Assembly: GCA_905178155.1 (NCBI GenBank) | Contig: CAJINV010000002.1 | Span: 5,932,476 to 5,996,475, forward strand | Reading direction: 5' to 3' | Source: Amoebophrya sp. A120 | Taxonomy: Eukaryota; Protista; Dinoflagellata | Length of the DNA: 64,000 bases | In this document: positions 1 to 12,100 of the stretch, piece after piece | Position numbering within the stretch: position 1 is the stretch's first letter | How the letters are laid out: each line of letters opens with the position of its first letter | The notes under the pieces: generated by a model | Database searches by the model: none | Told to the model about the DNA's origin: nothing | What the model saw: the letters and a program-made list of their open reading frames with translations, nothing else | Translations under genes and position numbers: made by a program

Positions 1-166
1 TTAAAAAGTACTGTCATTGGTACACGTACAAATCTTACAACATAAAAAGAACTTCTACTATTCGGACTATAATCGGATTTGAATGCTGCTTTTTCTAGTA
101 TCGCACAGCAAATTCCTGCCGCAACCACCGCTAGCACTCAACCTTTGTGCCGTTCCTACTTCATCT

Positions 167-3100
167 TCACCCCAAACTCTGCAAAATCTGCAGATAGGTT
201 TCGTTCTCCGGCTCAATCCCCACCGCTTTTTGGATACAGTCCATCGCCATTTTTTTCTCCCCCAGGTACACATGCAAACTCGCCAGATTTGCGTAGCACA
301 CGTGCAAGTTCGGATCCAAATCCGTTGCTTGCGTGTAGTAATCAATCGCCTCCTCCACCTTATCCAACGATTGCATCACGACCCCGAGGTGTGCGAGCGT
401 TTCGGACAGAGAGATGTCGTTGTAGGTTTTTTCAGCAGATGAACCAGAAGACTTTATTGCCAACTTCTGCTCATTCGGATTTGCATTTGCATCGCCCGCG
501 GCCACCGCTGGTGGATTGCTGTTGTTGGCAACTAGTACAACTTCCTGCCCATGCGTTTCCAAAATCTTTTTCACTTTCTTGAACATGGTTTCCGCCTCTT
601 TCCAGCGCATTTCCTCGCATAGTTGCTCGGCCAGGTGGAAGAGATTGGACGGATCGTGACCCTTGTACGCTTGGGTGTCTGAAATAGGAGGTGCGGTGGA
701 TATTACTGGTGTAGTTTGGTCGTCCACTGCTCCTGCCGGCGTTTCAAAAGCTTCTGGTGGTAATCCTTGTTGAGGAATTTCCTCTAATGTGGTTTCTTCT
801 ACCTTTGGCGTCTGGTACAACATTTCTTCTGCTATTTGTTGTTCATGATCTGCCGCTCGCGCTCGTTCCTGTTGCGCCTTCCTCGCGGATGTAGTTTTGT
901 TTGCCGGAGTCGTTGCGGAAGTTAAGTTCATCGGCTCTTCAACTGTAGAATCCACAGGAGCTGTTTCTTCAAGATCCGCGGGGGCACGCGAAGCTACGTC
1001 CTTCACCTGCTGGTGCAGCCCAGTCGCTTGAAAATTCTGGCTGCCCTCGATCGACACCGAAGGCGGTAATGGCGAATACACGTCGACTGTGCTTTCCTCT
1101 TTCACAGAGTCGAGTATTACCTCCTGTGCGGAGGTTTCGGTCGCGAGAGTAGAACCTACTAGAAGTGCAGCCGCTGCGCCAGGTTGTTCCTCTGGCGGCT
1201 CCGCGTAAAATGCGACCTGCTGCGGAACGAAGTTAGGCGTCGAGCTGGATAATTTTGCACTTTTCTTGTCTTGTTGTTGTTTTGTGGTCACGATTTTCCT
1301 CGTCATGCTTGAATTCGCTGTACTGCTTGATGATACGGCGCCGGGCCCGGTGGGGGCAGAAGTAGTAGAGGCCGCTGGCGCAGCTCCTGCTCCTGCTCCG
1401 CGCGCCGAACTACTCGATGAGACCGTGTGTTTCGGCGACTTGACCCCGCCCCTAGGCGCTGCCAACGCTTCCAACCTGCTGGCGTCGCTTTTCGGTTTTG
1501 AAGAGGCGCTATTCGTCGGTTGGAACGTGGATGAGTGGGAGACGGATTTCTTCTCTATTGCTAATTTTGGACTCGCTTTATTGCTACTACTTGAAGTTGT
1601 TCCTCCACCCTTCGCCGATCTGCTCGACAAACTCCCGCCGTGCCCACCGGACGAGGAGCCACTACGACCACGTTGCTGTTCGCGATGTAAAGAGCTCGTG
1701 GACAAACTTCCTGAGGTGGAGCGCAGTTCGCGAGAGGGGGAGGACGGGAGGGATTTTGCAGTTTTCGTCTTCGTCGTCGCATTTTTGAAATGAGTAGTAC
1801 CAGAAGCACCTGGGCCTGATGTAGAAGAAATGCCAGCTCCAGGTCCAGCTCCTCCTGAACTACCTCGCGAAATAAATGCGCGGCTACTTGTACTAATATC
1901 CTTTACGACAGCACTCCGACTCGCCGCAGAGGTTCTTGGACCACCGACGACCATATCTTTCTCTTCGAACGACACCGAAGCTGACTTGCTGTGGTTCCAC
2001 GGAGGTTTCTGTTTCGGACTAGTCGAAGATTTCCGCCGCGCATTTTCGGCCTGGAGCTCCATCGCACGTTGCGCTTCCATTTGTGCCAGCTTCAATTCTT
2101 TTTCCTTCTGTTTCACCTTCGCCTTTTTCGCCCCGGCGAGAAACTTATCGGCCTGCTCCGGAAACACGTTCACCAACTGGGCGTCGAAGTAGCCGCCCGA
2201 AACGTTTTGCGCGGCCACGACCTGCCACGTCGGGTCTTTCGTCCCGGCGGACCGGTTTTCCCGGATGTAACTGGATGCGTTCAAGTTTTGCTCCTCGTCT
2301 TGTTGTTCACCATCCCCGTCTACTCTCTCCGGCGATTTCGCCAAAGTGCTCGTACGGTTCAGCCACTCGCTCTGCCCGCCCTTGTTGTCCACAATCCGGC
2401 TCGTCGGGCTCGGTGACCGAGATTTCTGCCGCAGTTTCGCCCGGTGCGCCGTCTCGCTGTGTCGGTCGCCGAGGAGGAAATTCGGCTGTAAATCCAAATC
2501 CTCTGCTGCCGAATCCCGGATGTCTTCGAAGGATAATTTGTCTTGCGAAGCTGCGGACTCGTAGGTTTCCCGATTGGAGTAGGACATGCGGAGATCTTCG
2601 CTTTCCCGGTTCTGCTGCATGGCCGCGGACAGACGCTCGTCGGTGAAAGGAATCATGCCGGTCGTGTTTGGTGCGCCGCTGCTTCGAACTGTGCTTCTGG
2701 CAGCACTCTCAGCTGATTGTTCCGCTGCGGCTAAATTGTTGTTTGCGTCCTCTTTCGGGGAAAATTTGTTTCCATGGTGGTCTCCTGCCACATCCACCTG
2801 CACTACTCGATCTGGCGTTCGGATCCGGATTCGCACCCCGCCCTCCGTCGGGCTCGTTTTCACCACGTCGGTTTGCTCGTCTTGACTCCCGTCAACGATG
2901 GTCCTGACGATAGTTTTCGGGGCAGAAGAAGAAGTTTCCGCCGCGGGGCCAAGTAACGCCGCTTTCTCCCGCCTCAACTTTTCCAGTTCTGCTACTATTT
3001 CATCGGCATACGGTCCCTGGTAGTGAATTCCATTGTTCAGCCACTGCTTGATATTACCAGTTGAAGAACTGTAATCGTTCATGTTGACCATGTTCTTATC

Positions 3101-6100
3101 CTGGCCTGCGACACCAGCATTTCCACTTCTCGGTGATAGTATCGTGATCTTAACCGAATTCGGTGACCCCGGTGACTGTGTCTTGTTTGTCCCCGCGGGT
3201 GGAGATTTTGATCGTTCAACCAGTGCTCTCGACCGATCCAAGATCTCCTGCAATTCCTCCGTCGAGGTACGGATTTTCGCCGTCGCTGTCGTCCCGTTGG
3301 GGGAGGGCTCGCGCTTTAAAATTGACTTCGGACTAGTTGCACTACTGGAAGAACTGGCACCAGCATCGTTCTTCATTAGCTCTGGCGCTGTACCAGCAGC
3401 TCCACCAATGTAGGACGAAGAACTGGAAGTAGAAGCCGCTGCGCGACCAGACGCCACGTTCATAAATTTCTTGTCCACGGTGCTTTTGATCACCACCCGG
3501 GTGCTCGGCGGACTGGCAGAGCTACTGGCTTCACTGACCTCCATGAGCGGGGAGAGGGGTGCGGTGGTCACGGTCATCGGCCACACGGCGGGTTGGTTCG
3601 CGAGAATGGCGGCGTTGGCCGAAAGGTCGATGGTGTGATCCGAGAATTGTGGGAGCTCGGTTCTCAACTGTTCGTTCGCGAGAAACTGCTGCTCGGGTAG
3701 GTTTCTGGCTGACGACTGTCTCATTGTGTTCGTGTTACTACTGTTCGAGTTCGAGTTCGGTGGAAATACCACGTCGCCGTTGGAAATTGAAACTTCGTTC
3801 TGATTCCCGATCGTCGTGGCCCGCCTGGGAGAGGTTTGTTGCTTTGGCGAGCGGGAGCTGGAGAGTCTAGTTCTCGGTGATCCGGAGGAGGCTCTAGGGG
3901 GAGACGTCGACGAGGCTTGTCGTGTTAGTCCTTCTGTCACTGTTGCACTTCCACCGGCGTTGTACACAACATTTTCAACGACCGTAGTTGTTCCACGAGG
4001 ACCAGGTTCTTGTTCTCCCACAACTGTCGGCGACGAGGACCCGTGAACAGCAGGAGACCCCGGACGACTTGTTCTGATCCTTTCATCCGTCAATCGGATT
4101 ACCTCTCTTTCCAAAACTAGTATCCTCGTTCTCGCCTGCTCCAGCTTGTTCTGCAAGACAAAGTTCAACTCGGAGTACTCCACTGCTTTCTTCTCCAAAT
4201 GGTTCTGCAGTATCTCGCCTTGTTTGATCTTTTCCAACTGGGAAACAATTTTCTCCTCGAATTTCTCGTTTTTCAGTTTTAAGTCTGTGTTCAAATTGTC
4301 CAACTGCATTTTCTCGTGCTCGTAAGCCGCATGCAACAACTGATTCTGAGAAGGAATGTTGAGCGTCGGCGCGCCGCTGGGGAGAAGGGAAGAAGTGGCT
4401 CGCAATTTCGACGCAGTGCCTGGGTTGGAGGAAGACTGCCCACCTGGTGAGGTCAAAGAATTGCCATTCACCCGACTCCCGGGCGTGTAGAACATCATCG
4501 CCGGGGACTTGCTGTTCATTTTCTCCAGAAAATCGCTCCCGGCGGACAAAGTGTTCGGCGTTTTCAATAAGTGACTATGCATCGGACTCCCCCCATCGGA
4601 AACGGACAAGAAGCCGGCGTTGTTGTTCATCGCCCGTCGTCTTTCGTCTTCGCAGAGTCTCTGCAGTCGGTGCCGCTCGTCGTCGAACTGGATCTGCATG
4701 CGGCGTTTTTCTTCCTCCAACAGCTGGACCGTCTTTTCTTTGTTTTGCTTCTGCAGTTGGTTTTCCGATTGCAAATCCTTCAATTTCTCGGCCAAAGTGT
4801 CTTTCTCTATGGAAAGCTTGGAAAGAAAAGTTTCCTTTTCCAGCAATTCGTCCTGCGTGCGCAGCAGTTGCCGCTTCAGACGCTCGGAGTCCTCCTGTTT
4901 TATTGGGGGTGTTGGAAAAAAGATTCAGATGCATAATTGATGTCGTCATGTGACGTGTGTTGCTAGACCATTCTCTCTAGAAGACCACAAAGCCGAGGGG
5001 AACAAGCAGGAAACAAATCCGCTTGCTGTAATGTTCAAAAACAAAAGCTTACCTTCGCCTCCCCCATGATTTCCTCCCTTTTCCTCTCCCCGGAAATCTC
5101 CACTTGCTCCCGCATTCGGGTCAATTCTTCATTTTTCCGCACTTCCGCTTCTAAATCGAATTTCAAATTTCTCACTGCCTCCTCCAATCCCTGCTTCTCA
5201 CACTTCACCTCTTTTAACAATGCCTCCAACTTGTCATACTCGTGCTGCAGCTCTTCCTTCTCTATCCCCATTTCCCGGTTGTTTTTTTCCAAGTTCTGCA
5301 AATCCCAGTCCTTCGCTTCAAACGATTTTTGCATCTGCAGGACCGTTGCTTTTTCTTTTTCCCGCAAACTTTCGATTTCAGTCCTCAACCTTTCCTCCAT
5401 TTGATCCTTTTTCGCGAGGATGTCTTGCTTTTCTTTCGACAGACTTGCGACAATCTTTTCCCGTTTCGCATTCTCCTCGTCTAAAAACTGCCCCTTCAAC
5501 AGTTCGTGCCGGTTGCTCTCCTCTAGTTTCAAGTTTTGCGTTTCCTCGAGTTCGAGTTTCGTTTTTTCCAAGACCTGCTCCAATTTCCGTACTTGTTTTT
5601 GCAGCTCCCAATTTTCCGCCGACATCTGCTGTTATGCATTGCAAATATGTCTGGATCTGGGAGGAAGATGCAAGGTCTGTCATGCTTGTCTGGAATGACT
5701 GAAGAGTTTGTGATGCGTGTCCAAGAATGAATGAATGAATGAGTGACGCCCCCTGACGCACCTCGTCGATCCGATCGCTTCACCAGTTCTTCTTTCCTGG
5801 ACTGCCACGAATGCAAAACGCAGCCAGCTTGTCACGCATACATATTAACCAGCAAGCGATTTCCCGGTCCGACGGCCCCTCTTACTCCGGTTTTCGACGA
5901 CACACGCTGTGTCGCCTGTGGGTGAACCGGTACGCCATGCGTACATGGACGAAACCCCGATTGGCCGTTGAGCCACCCCCACGGCACCTACCGACTCTCC
6001 CCGAGCCGGTACGCGTGATCAACAAACACCACTAGTGCCTACTGCTAGCCAAGCTAAGTTGTCGGGGTTGTTGCCGAAGGTGAAGCTTGTCGGCTTAGCA

Positions 6101-9100
6101 GTTCTTTTTGTAGTGGGGGGGAGGAAAAAAGGAAAAACCTGGGGTCGGGGCCGAGGGTCGTAATCTCTTTTGCGAGGGGGTCGAGTCAGCGCCCTGCTTT
6201 CTCTGTCGTGCACTCATGATCCCGGCAAATGAGCCTCATGCTGCTTTCAGCAATCCGACAGGTGAGCTCCCATGAGCTTCAATTTGTAAGGAGTTTTTTG
6301 GTTGGCCTTCTTTCCGCCACGACCCTCAGCTCCCTGGGGTTCTTGTCCTTCTCCTCGTGATTCAGGGTTTTTGCACCCGGACGAAGAGGGTGCAGCAAGC
6401 AGAAAAAATGAAAAGACGACCAGTCATTGGAGCCATGTGCTTTGATTCTTTGTGGGGGTTTTGCTACTACTACGAACGGGGGGGCTTTCTGCTGCTACGA
6501 ACGGGGTATGGGGCTGCTGCTTCTGCCGCTCAGATTGCTACTGTTGCCGCCTCCGGCTTTTTCTGCGTGGCACCCGCCACTGCTACTGCGCTTGGGCTGA
6601 TACTACTACCGCCGGGATTATTCCTGCTACTACTACATACCCGAGATTCGCGCCGTTGTGCCCGTCCCACGCTGCTGCTGTGCGGAGTTGGCGCCCAGCA
6701 CCACCCGGACTACTACTACTACTGCTGCCGCCACTGCGGCTTCTTTCTCGGCGCCGGCTTCCATAACCTGTTCTTCTGTCCCGCAAAGTCTTCTTTTTCG
6801 TCTGCCTCGAAGTTCGTCCGCTCGTCTGTGCTTCTGCTCGTTGTGCTTGTCCTCGTCTTTCTCGTCTGTGTTCTGGCGTTGTGCAGGGAGAGAGATCCCA
6901 TTGCTTGTCATGCAAAAACGCAGCTTGTCATGCGAAAAGCGCAACACTAAGCCGCGCAAATATTTCTCATGCTTGGCTGTGCATTACAGAGCATTCACTG
7001 TTCACAATCCAGCATTAGAAGTTTCCAGACCCAGACATTATCTTTGCATTTGATAGCTCCTGATTCAAGTTCGACTCCGTTTTCAACGTCTCCGCCCCGG
7101 ACTGGAGCTGCTTGGAGTTTTGCTCCAACATCCGGATTTTCTCGAAATTCTGCTCCATAATCGACTCTAACTGCCGGACTTGCTTCTCGATTTCCAGTTT
7201 TTCCTCGAACAAAATCGATTTTTCCTTCTTCACTTGCTGCAGTAACTGCTGGACGTCCTCCACCTCGGATTTCAGCCCGTTGACTTCGGTCTGGTGCTTT
7301 TTTCTCAGTTTGATGTTCTGCTCCTCGAATTCGTTGTATGCGGTTTGGAGTTTGGAACTGTTTTCCGCTGTCAGTTTATCTACAGAATTAGCTTTTTCTT
7401 TCTTCAGTTCCTCCACTAGTAACTGCAGTTTCTCCACCTCTTTCTGCTTCGCTTCCTCGAATTCCGCATGAAGCTGCACCAATTCCTGGAGTGCGCGGTC
7501 GGACTCTTCCAGCTGTTTTTGGTACTGCTGGACTTGCGACTCGTAGGTATACACCGCTTGCTGGAGCTGCAACGACTCGGAATCCAGCTGCGAAAGCTCG
7601 GCGTCTGTGGTGTTATTTTTTCATTTATCGAAGATTTCTGCTCGTCATGCGACATGAGAAATGTATTGAAAACTACACGAGAACATTAATTGAAGTAGTT
7701 CCTGTAGTATCACCAAAATCTAATGGCAGCAATAGCAAACTTTGGATTTGTTGAAAACATGAAACTCAAGTTGTACCATGCCAAAAAATACCTTTTCCTT
7801 GTTGCACTTCGATGTAGTTCTTTAGCCGGTCTAGGATCGCTTGCTCTCTCGCCTCACCGTCGAGTTTCAGTTTTTCCTCCTTTTCATACTTCGTTTTCCA
7901 TTCGAGAAGTCTTTCTGACAAATTCAAAATCTCCTTCTCGATCAGCCGCATCGTGTACTCAAACTCCGCTTTCTTCTCAACTGCAGACACCTTGAACCCC
8001 AGCTCCTCCTCCTCCGAGTAAGTGGTCAGCTTTGTTGTACTATTGTTTGCGCCGTTCAGCTGTGAAGATTTGATGTCTCCCTGCAGAAGTAGTTGATGTC
8101 CACCTGTTGGTCTCGGTTTCGCTAGCAAGGTTGTCAACCGACCGAGGTTGGTTGTCGGCGAGGATGTTCTGGAGAAATCCAGGAGCTGCTGCTCGCTGGC
8201 CAGACCGCCGCTTATCGTTTTCCGCTCTTGCTGTTCAGTACTCGCATTGAGACCATTGCTTCCCGCTGTGCTGTTCGCACTATACGTTTGGTTCACGTCG
8301 ACCATCTGTCGCTTCAATTCCACCAACATGGGCGTATACGATTCGTACAATTCCCGCGCCACGGCGTTCCGTCGCTCCCACAGGTACTGTGCTTCTTTCG
8401 GCGCGGAAATACCGAATTTGATCTCCTCCGGCTTCTTCGCCAACGCCTTGCGCATCGAGCTAGACAGTGCCGAGTTTTCTCGCTGTCGCTGTTCCGGACT
8501 GGTGACGCTGCTGGCGAAGGCGGTGGGGGAAAGGAAACTGCTGTCTTTCCTCCCGGTGAGGATCGAGCTGGAAACCGCCTCGGTCAAAATCTCCACGTCT
8601 TCTTTGGTCAACCGATGTCCTCCTGCTTCGTTACTATGTTGTGCCTCACCGCTTCCATCTCTATTGTTTACCTTGTTGTTCATCCCACCTATCGACGCCG
8701 TTGCAATCACAGACGACACGGACATGAGTCTTTTCCTCAGAATTTCGTTTTCCTGGTCTTTCTTTTCTATCTCTCCCGTCATCTTCGCGATTCGCTCTTC
8801 CACTAGCGTCACCTGGTCGACAAACTCTTCCATGAGCTGCTGCTTTTCCATTAATTGTTCCTCCAAAAACAAAACCTTCTCCTCGTGCTCGTTCAGCAAA
8901 ACGTCAATCCTCTTCTCCGATTCCTGTAGCGTGTCCGCCAAACGGGCCTTAATGGTGAGGAGCGTTTTTGTGTTGGCGAAATTTTGGCTGTTGTTGTTTG
9001 CAGCAAGAAGAACTCCTACGTCCGAGGTGATGGAGGCGTCGAGTAGTGCTTCACCAGCATTGTTCATTGCATTGTTTCCACCAGCCTGTGCCGTCTGCAA

Positions 9101-12100
9101 CAGCGCAACCTGGGAGTCCAGTCTGTTCGATGGCCGGGTTGTGTTCTTGCTCGGCGAATTCGATGCGGACGACGTCAACCGTGAAGATGGACCCCGACTT
9201 TGACTTTGTCTGGCTCCCGCTGTATTACCAGCACCACCGTCACGAAACGAAGTGCTGCTGGCAAAATTCCCTGTTGTGTTGAACTCGGACAAGTCCAAAC
9301 TGCAGACTTTCTGCAGCTCCGTGTAGTTCCAGCGGCTCTGTTTCAGCTTTGCCTGCCACTTACTGATCGTCTGCTGCATCTTCGCAAGCTCCCGATTCTT
9401 TTCTGACAATTGCTTCTGCATGTCCTGCTTCAGCTGCGCGTTTTGCTTTCTCATGTTCGTCTCAAATTCCTCCATTGTTTCCTGTTTTTCGTCTAACAAC
9501 TTCGACAACTGCTCCACTTTCTGCTTGTACTTCGCGATTCCAATCGACTTGTGGATTCGCTTATCGACAGTGCAAAAGTATCGCTGTCGTGATCGTCGCA
9601 TTGGTAATAAACTGCATCGCAGGTTTTTTCTGAAAGAAATATGAAATTTGTCATGCAGATAAAGGTAAGAAAGAGATGAAAGAGCGCACACTTGTTCTCG
9701 CGCAGCAGAATTTTTCCAATGAGTACGAGCATTAATTGATGCTTTTGCGGTGCATATCTTTCCTTTTCTTTCTCGAACTCCAGCTCCATCTGGAGTTTCT
9801 CCTCCTCCTTCTCGTCGATCTTTTTCGACAATTCTTGCTCCCGCAAAAGCTGCGCCTCGATGTCGTCCCGGAGTTTTCCGATCTCGCTCACTTTCGCCTC
9901 AATCGTTTCCTCCCGGTGGGCGAGTTGCTTCTTCAACTGGTCTATGCAGTGCAAAAGTATCGTAATCATACTATTAATTACGTTTATGCATTACAATTTT
10001 TTTCTCAAGGCAAATCCGCATTACAAATTTTATTTGTATTGCTAAGTCGATTTGTCGTGCAATTTATACTAGTACGATGCTTTTGCAATGCATATGGGCA
10101 AGCTCTTTGATCTTCTCTTCCTTCTCGTGGACCACGTCCAGTTTGTCCTTTTTCACCGCGGCGAGTTCCTGCAGGTAATTCTCCTCCAGTAGGTGCTTCT
10201 CGTTCAGGTGTCGCGACTTCAATTCGTTCAGCGCGGTATTGCCGTCCTGCTTCACCTTGTACATCTCATTGGACAAATCCGTGTTCTTCTGCTTCCACAA
10301 CTGCAGCTCCTCAAATATTTTTTTCTCCTCCTTCTGGATTTTCTCCACCTGGGTTTCCGCCTGCTTCTCCAGTTGCACCAATTGCGTTTCTTTCAGTAGC
10401 AAGGCTTTCTCCTCTTCCTTCTTCGCGTGCAGATCCGACTGCAGGGTGACGCACTTTTCGTCCAAATTCGCCTTTTGCTTCTCCAGGGTTTCGTAGTTCG
10501 TGAGCATTTATCAAATGCAAAAATGTCTGGGTCTGGAAGATTGGAACTTGTGATGCTAACTTTGGAGTCTAGAAAAATCTGTAATGCATGACCAGCAAGA
10601 GGAGTCTAGTTTGTGCTACGCGGGGAGGGCGTTTGTCATGCGGAGTAGGCATCAGGAAGCCATCTCAAAATCTGTGATGCGCGATCGTGCATTACAGACA
10701 TCCTGGGTCATGCAAAACATGCATGACAAATCTCAGAATCTTCCAGACCCAGACATTTTTACAATTGATAGCATTTTCGTCAGTTGCTCCTCCTTCGTGG
10801 TGTGGACCCGGAGGAGTAAGAGAGTATCAAATGCAAAAGTGTCTGGGTCTGGAAGGATGCAACTTGTGATGCTGAGTTTGGATTCTACAAAAATCTGTAT
10901 TGCATGAACAGCAAAAGAGGTCCAGTTTTTGCCACGGCGAGAGGGCGTTTCTCATGCGGTAAAGGCATCAGAGAGCCCTCACAAGGGTTTAGGGTTTAGG
11001 CACTAGAGCATGCGTCACAGACTTCAGGAGTCATGCAAAGTGTGCATGACAAACCTTGCATCCTTCCAGATCCAGACATTTTTGCATTTGATAGAGAAAA
11101 TACTCCAGCAAGTCGGAAAGCAGTTGCTCGGTCTGCTTCTCTATCCTGTGCAAAAGTATCGTACTCGTATAAATGCAAATCTTGCATTACAAATCTTGTT
11201 CCCAAGGCAAATCTGCATTACAAATTTCATTTCTCGCGCAGAGGAAATTTGTCATGCGATTTATACTAGTACGATGCTTTTGCATTTCATATTCTCCTTC
11301 TCTTCATATTGGGTGAGAAAATCGATCTTTACATTTGTGGACTGCTCGTTCAGGGATTTTTCCTCTTCCAGCGATTTCTCGAAGTCCTGGTCCAGCAGCG
11401 CCTTCGTCTCTTTCAGCTGTTCCTTGATGTCGGAGAGCCCCGTGCCGAAGTCCACGTCACGGTGAGCTTTCTTCATGTGCCTGGATAAGTAGAAGATTGT
11501 TCTGGAGGAAACTCACAAAATCTCATGTTTATCTGTCAAGAACAACACGAACATACTAAGTGGAGTCGTGACCCACCGGAGCGCGAGTCACAGTATTAAG
11601 ATTAACTTTGCAATGAACACGCACAGGAATCTTTGTCACATGAAATGAAAATCAGGATTAGAGTACAGCAATTTCGCGCTGTCGTCCTCCATCAATCCCT
11701 TGGTGCTGCATTCGCTGTGCAGGTGGTCCAGAAACTTCCGCACCTTCTGGTTGAACGCGTGCCGTCTGTTCACCATGACTTTCTTCTCCACCGAATGTTC
11801 GTCCAATTGCCTTTTTTCCAGCTCTTTCACCGTCACGTTCAGGTTTTTCTCCGCTTTTTCTACCAGGTCCGCTTTCTCCATTTCATACTGCTGCCGCATT
11901 TTCGCGATCTGCCTTTCCGCATTGGATTCCACCTCGAGCAGTTTACTCTGCTTCTCGTCGTAGATCTCTTTGTTCAACGCTTCCAGTCTCGCGATCTCCA
12001 GATTCGCTTCCCGGAGCCTTTTTTCCGCGTCAATACGGAGAATTGCCTGCTCCTTGTCGTCATCTTCGTTGAAAAAAAGCTTTGACTTCCGGGCCTTGGA

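Noticed and set aside
5633-7055. TA-dinucleotide TSD (Tc1/mariner-type MITE) interpretation of the introners
   Set aside because: Leaving one TA breaks the frame and leaving both creates a TAA stop here. The 5-bp flanking duplication explains the junctions, so TA belongs to the TIR.
8148-9203. Long plus-strand ORFs antisense to minus-strand genes (this one and many others)
   Set aside because: Antisense shadows of coding exons.
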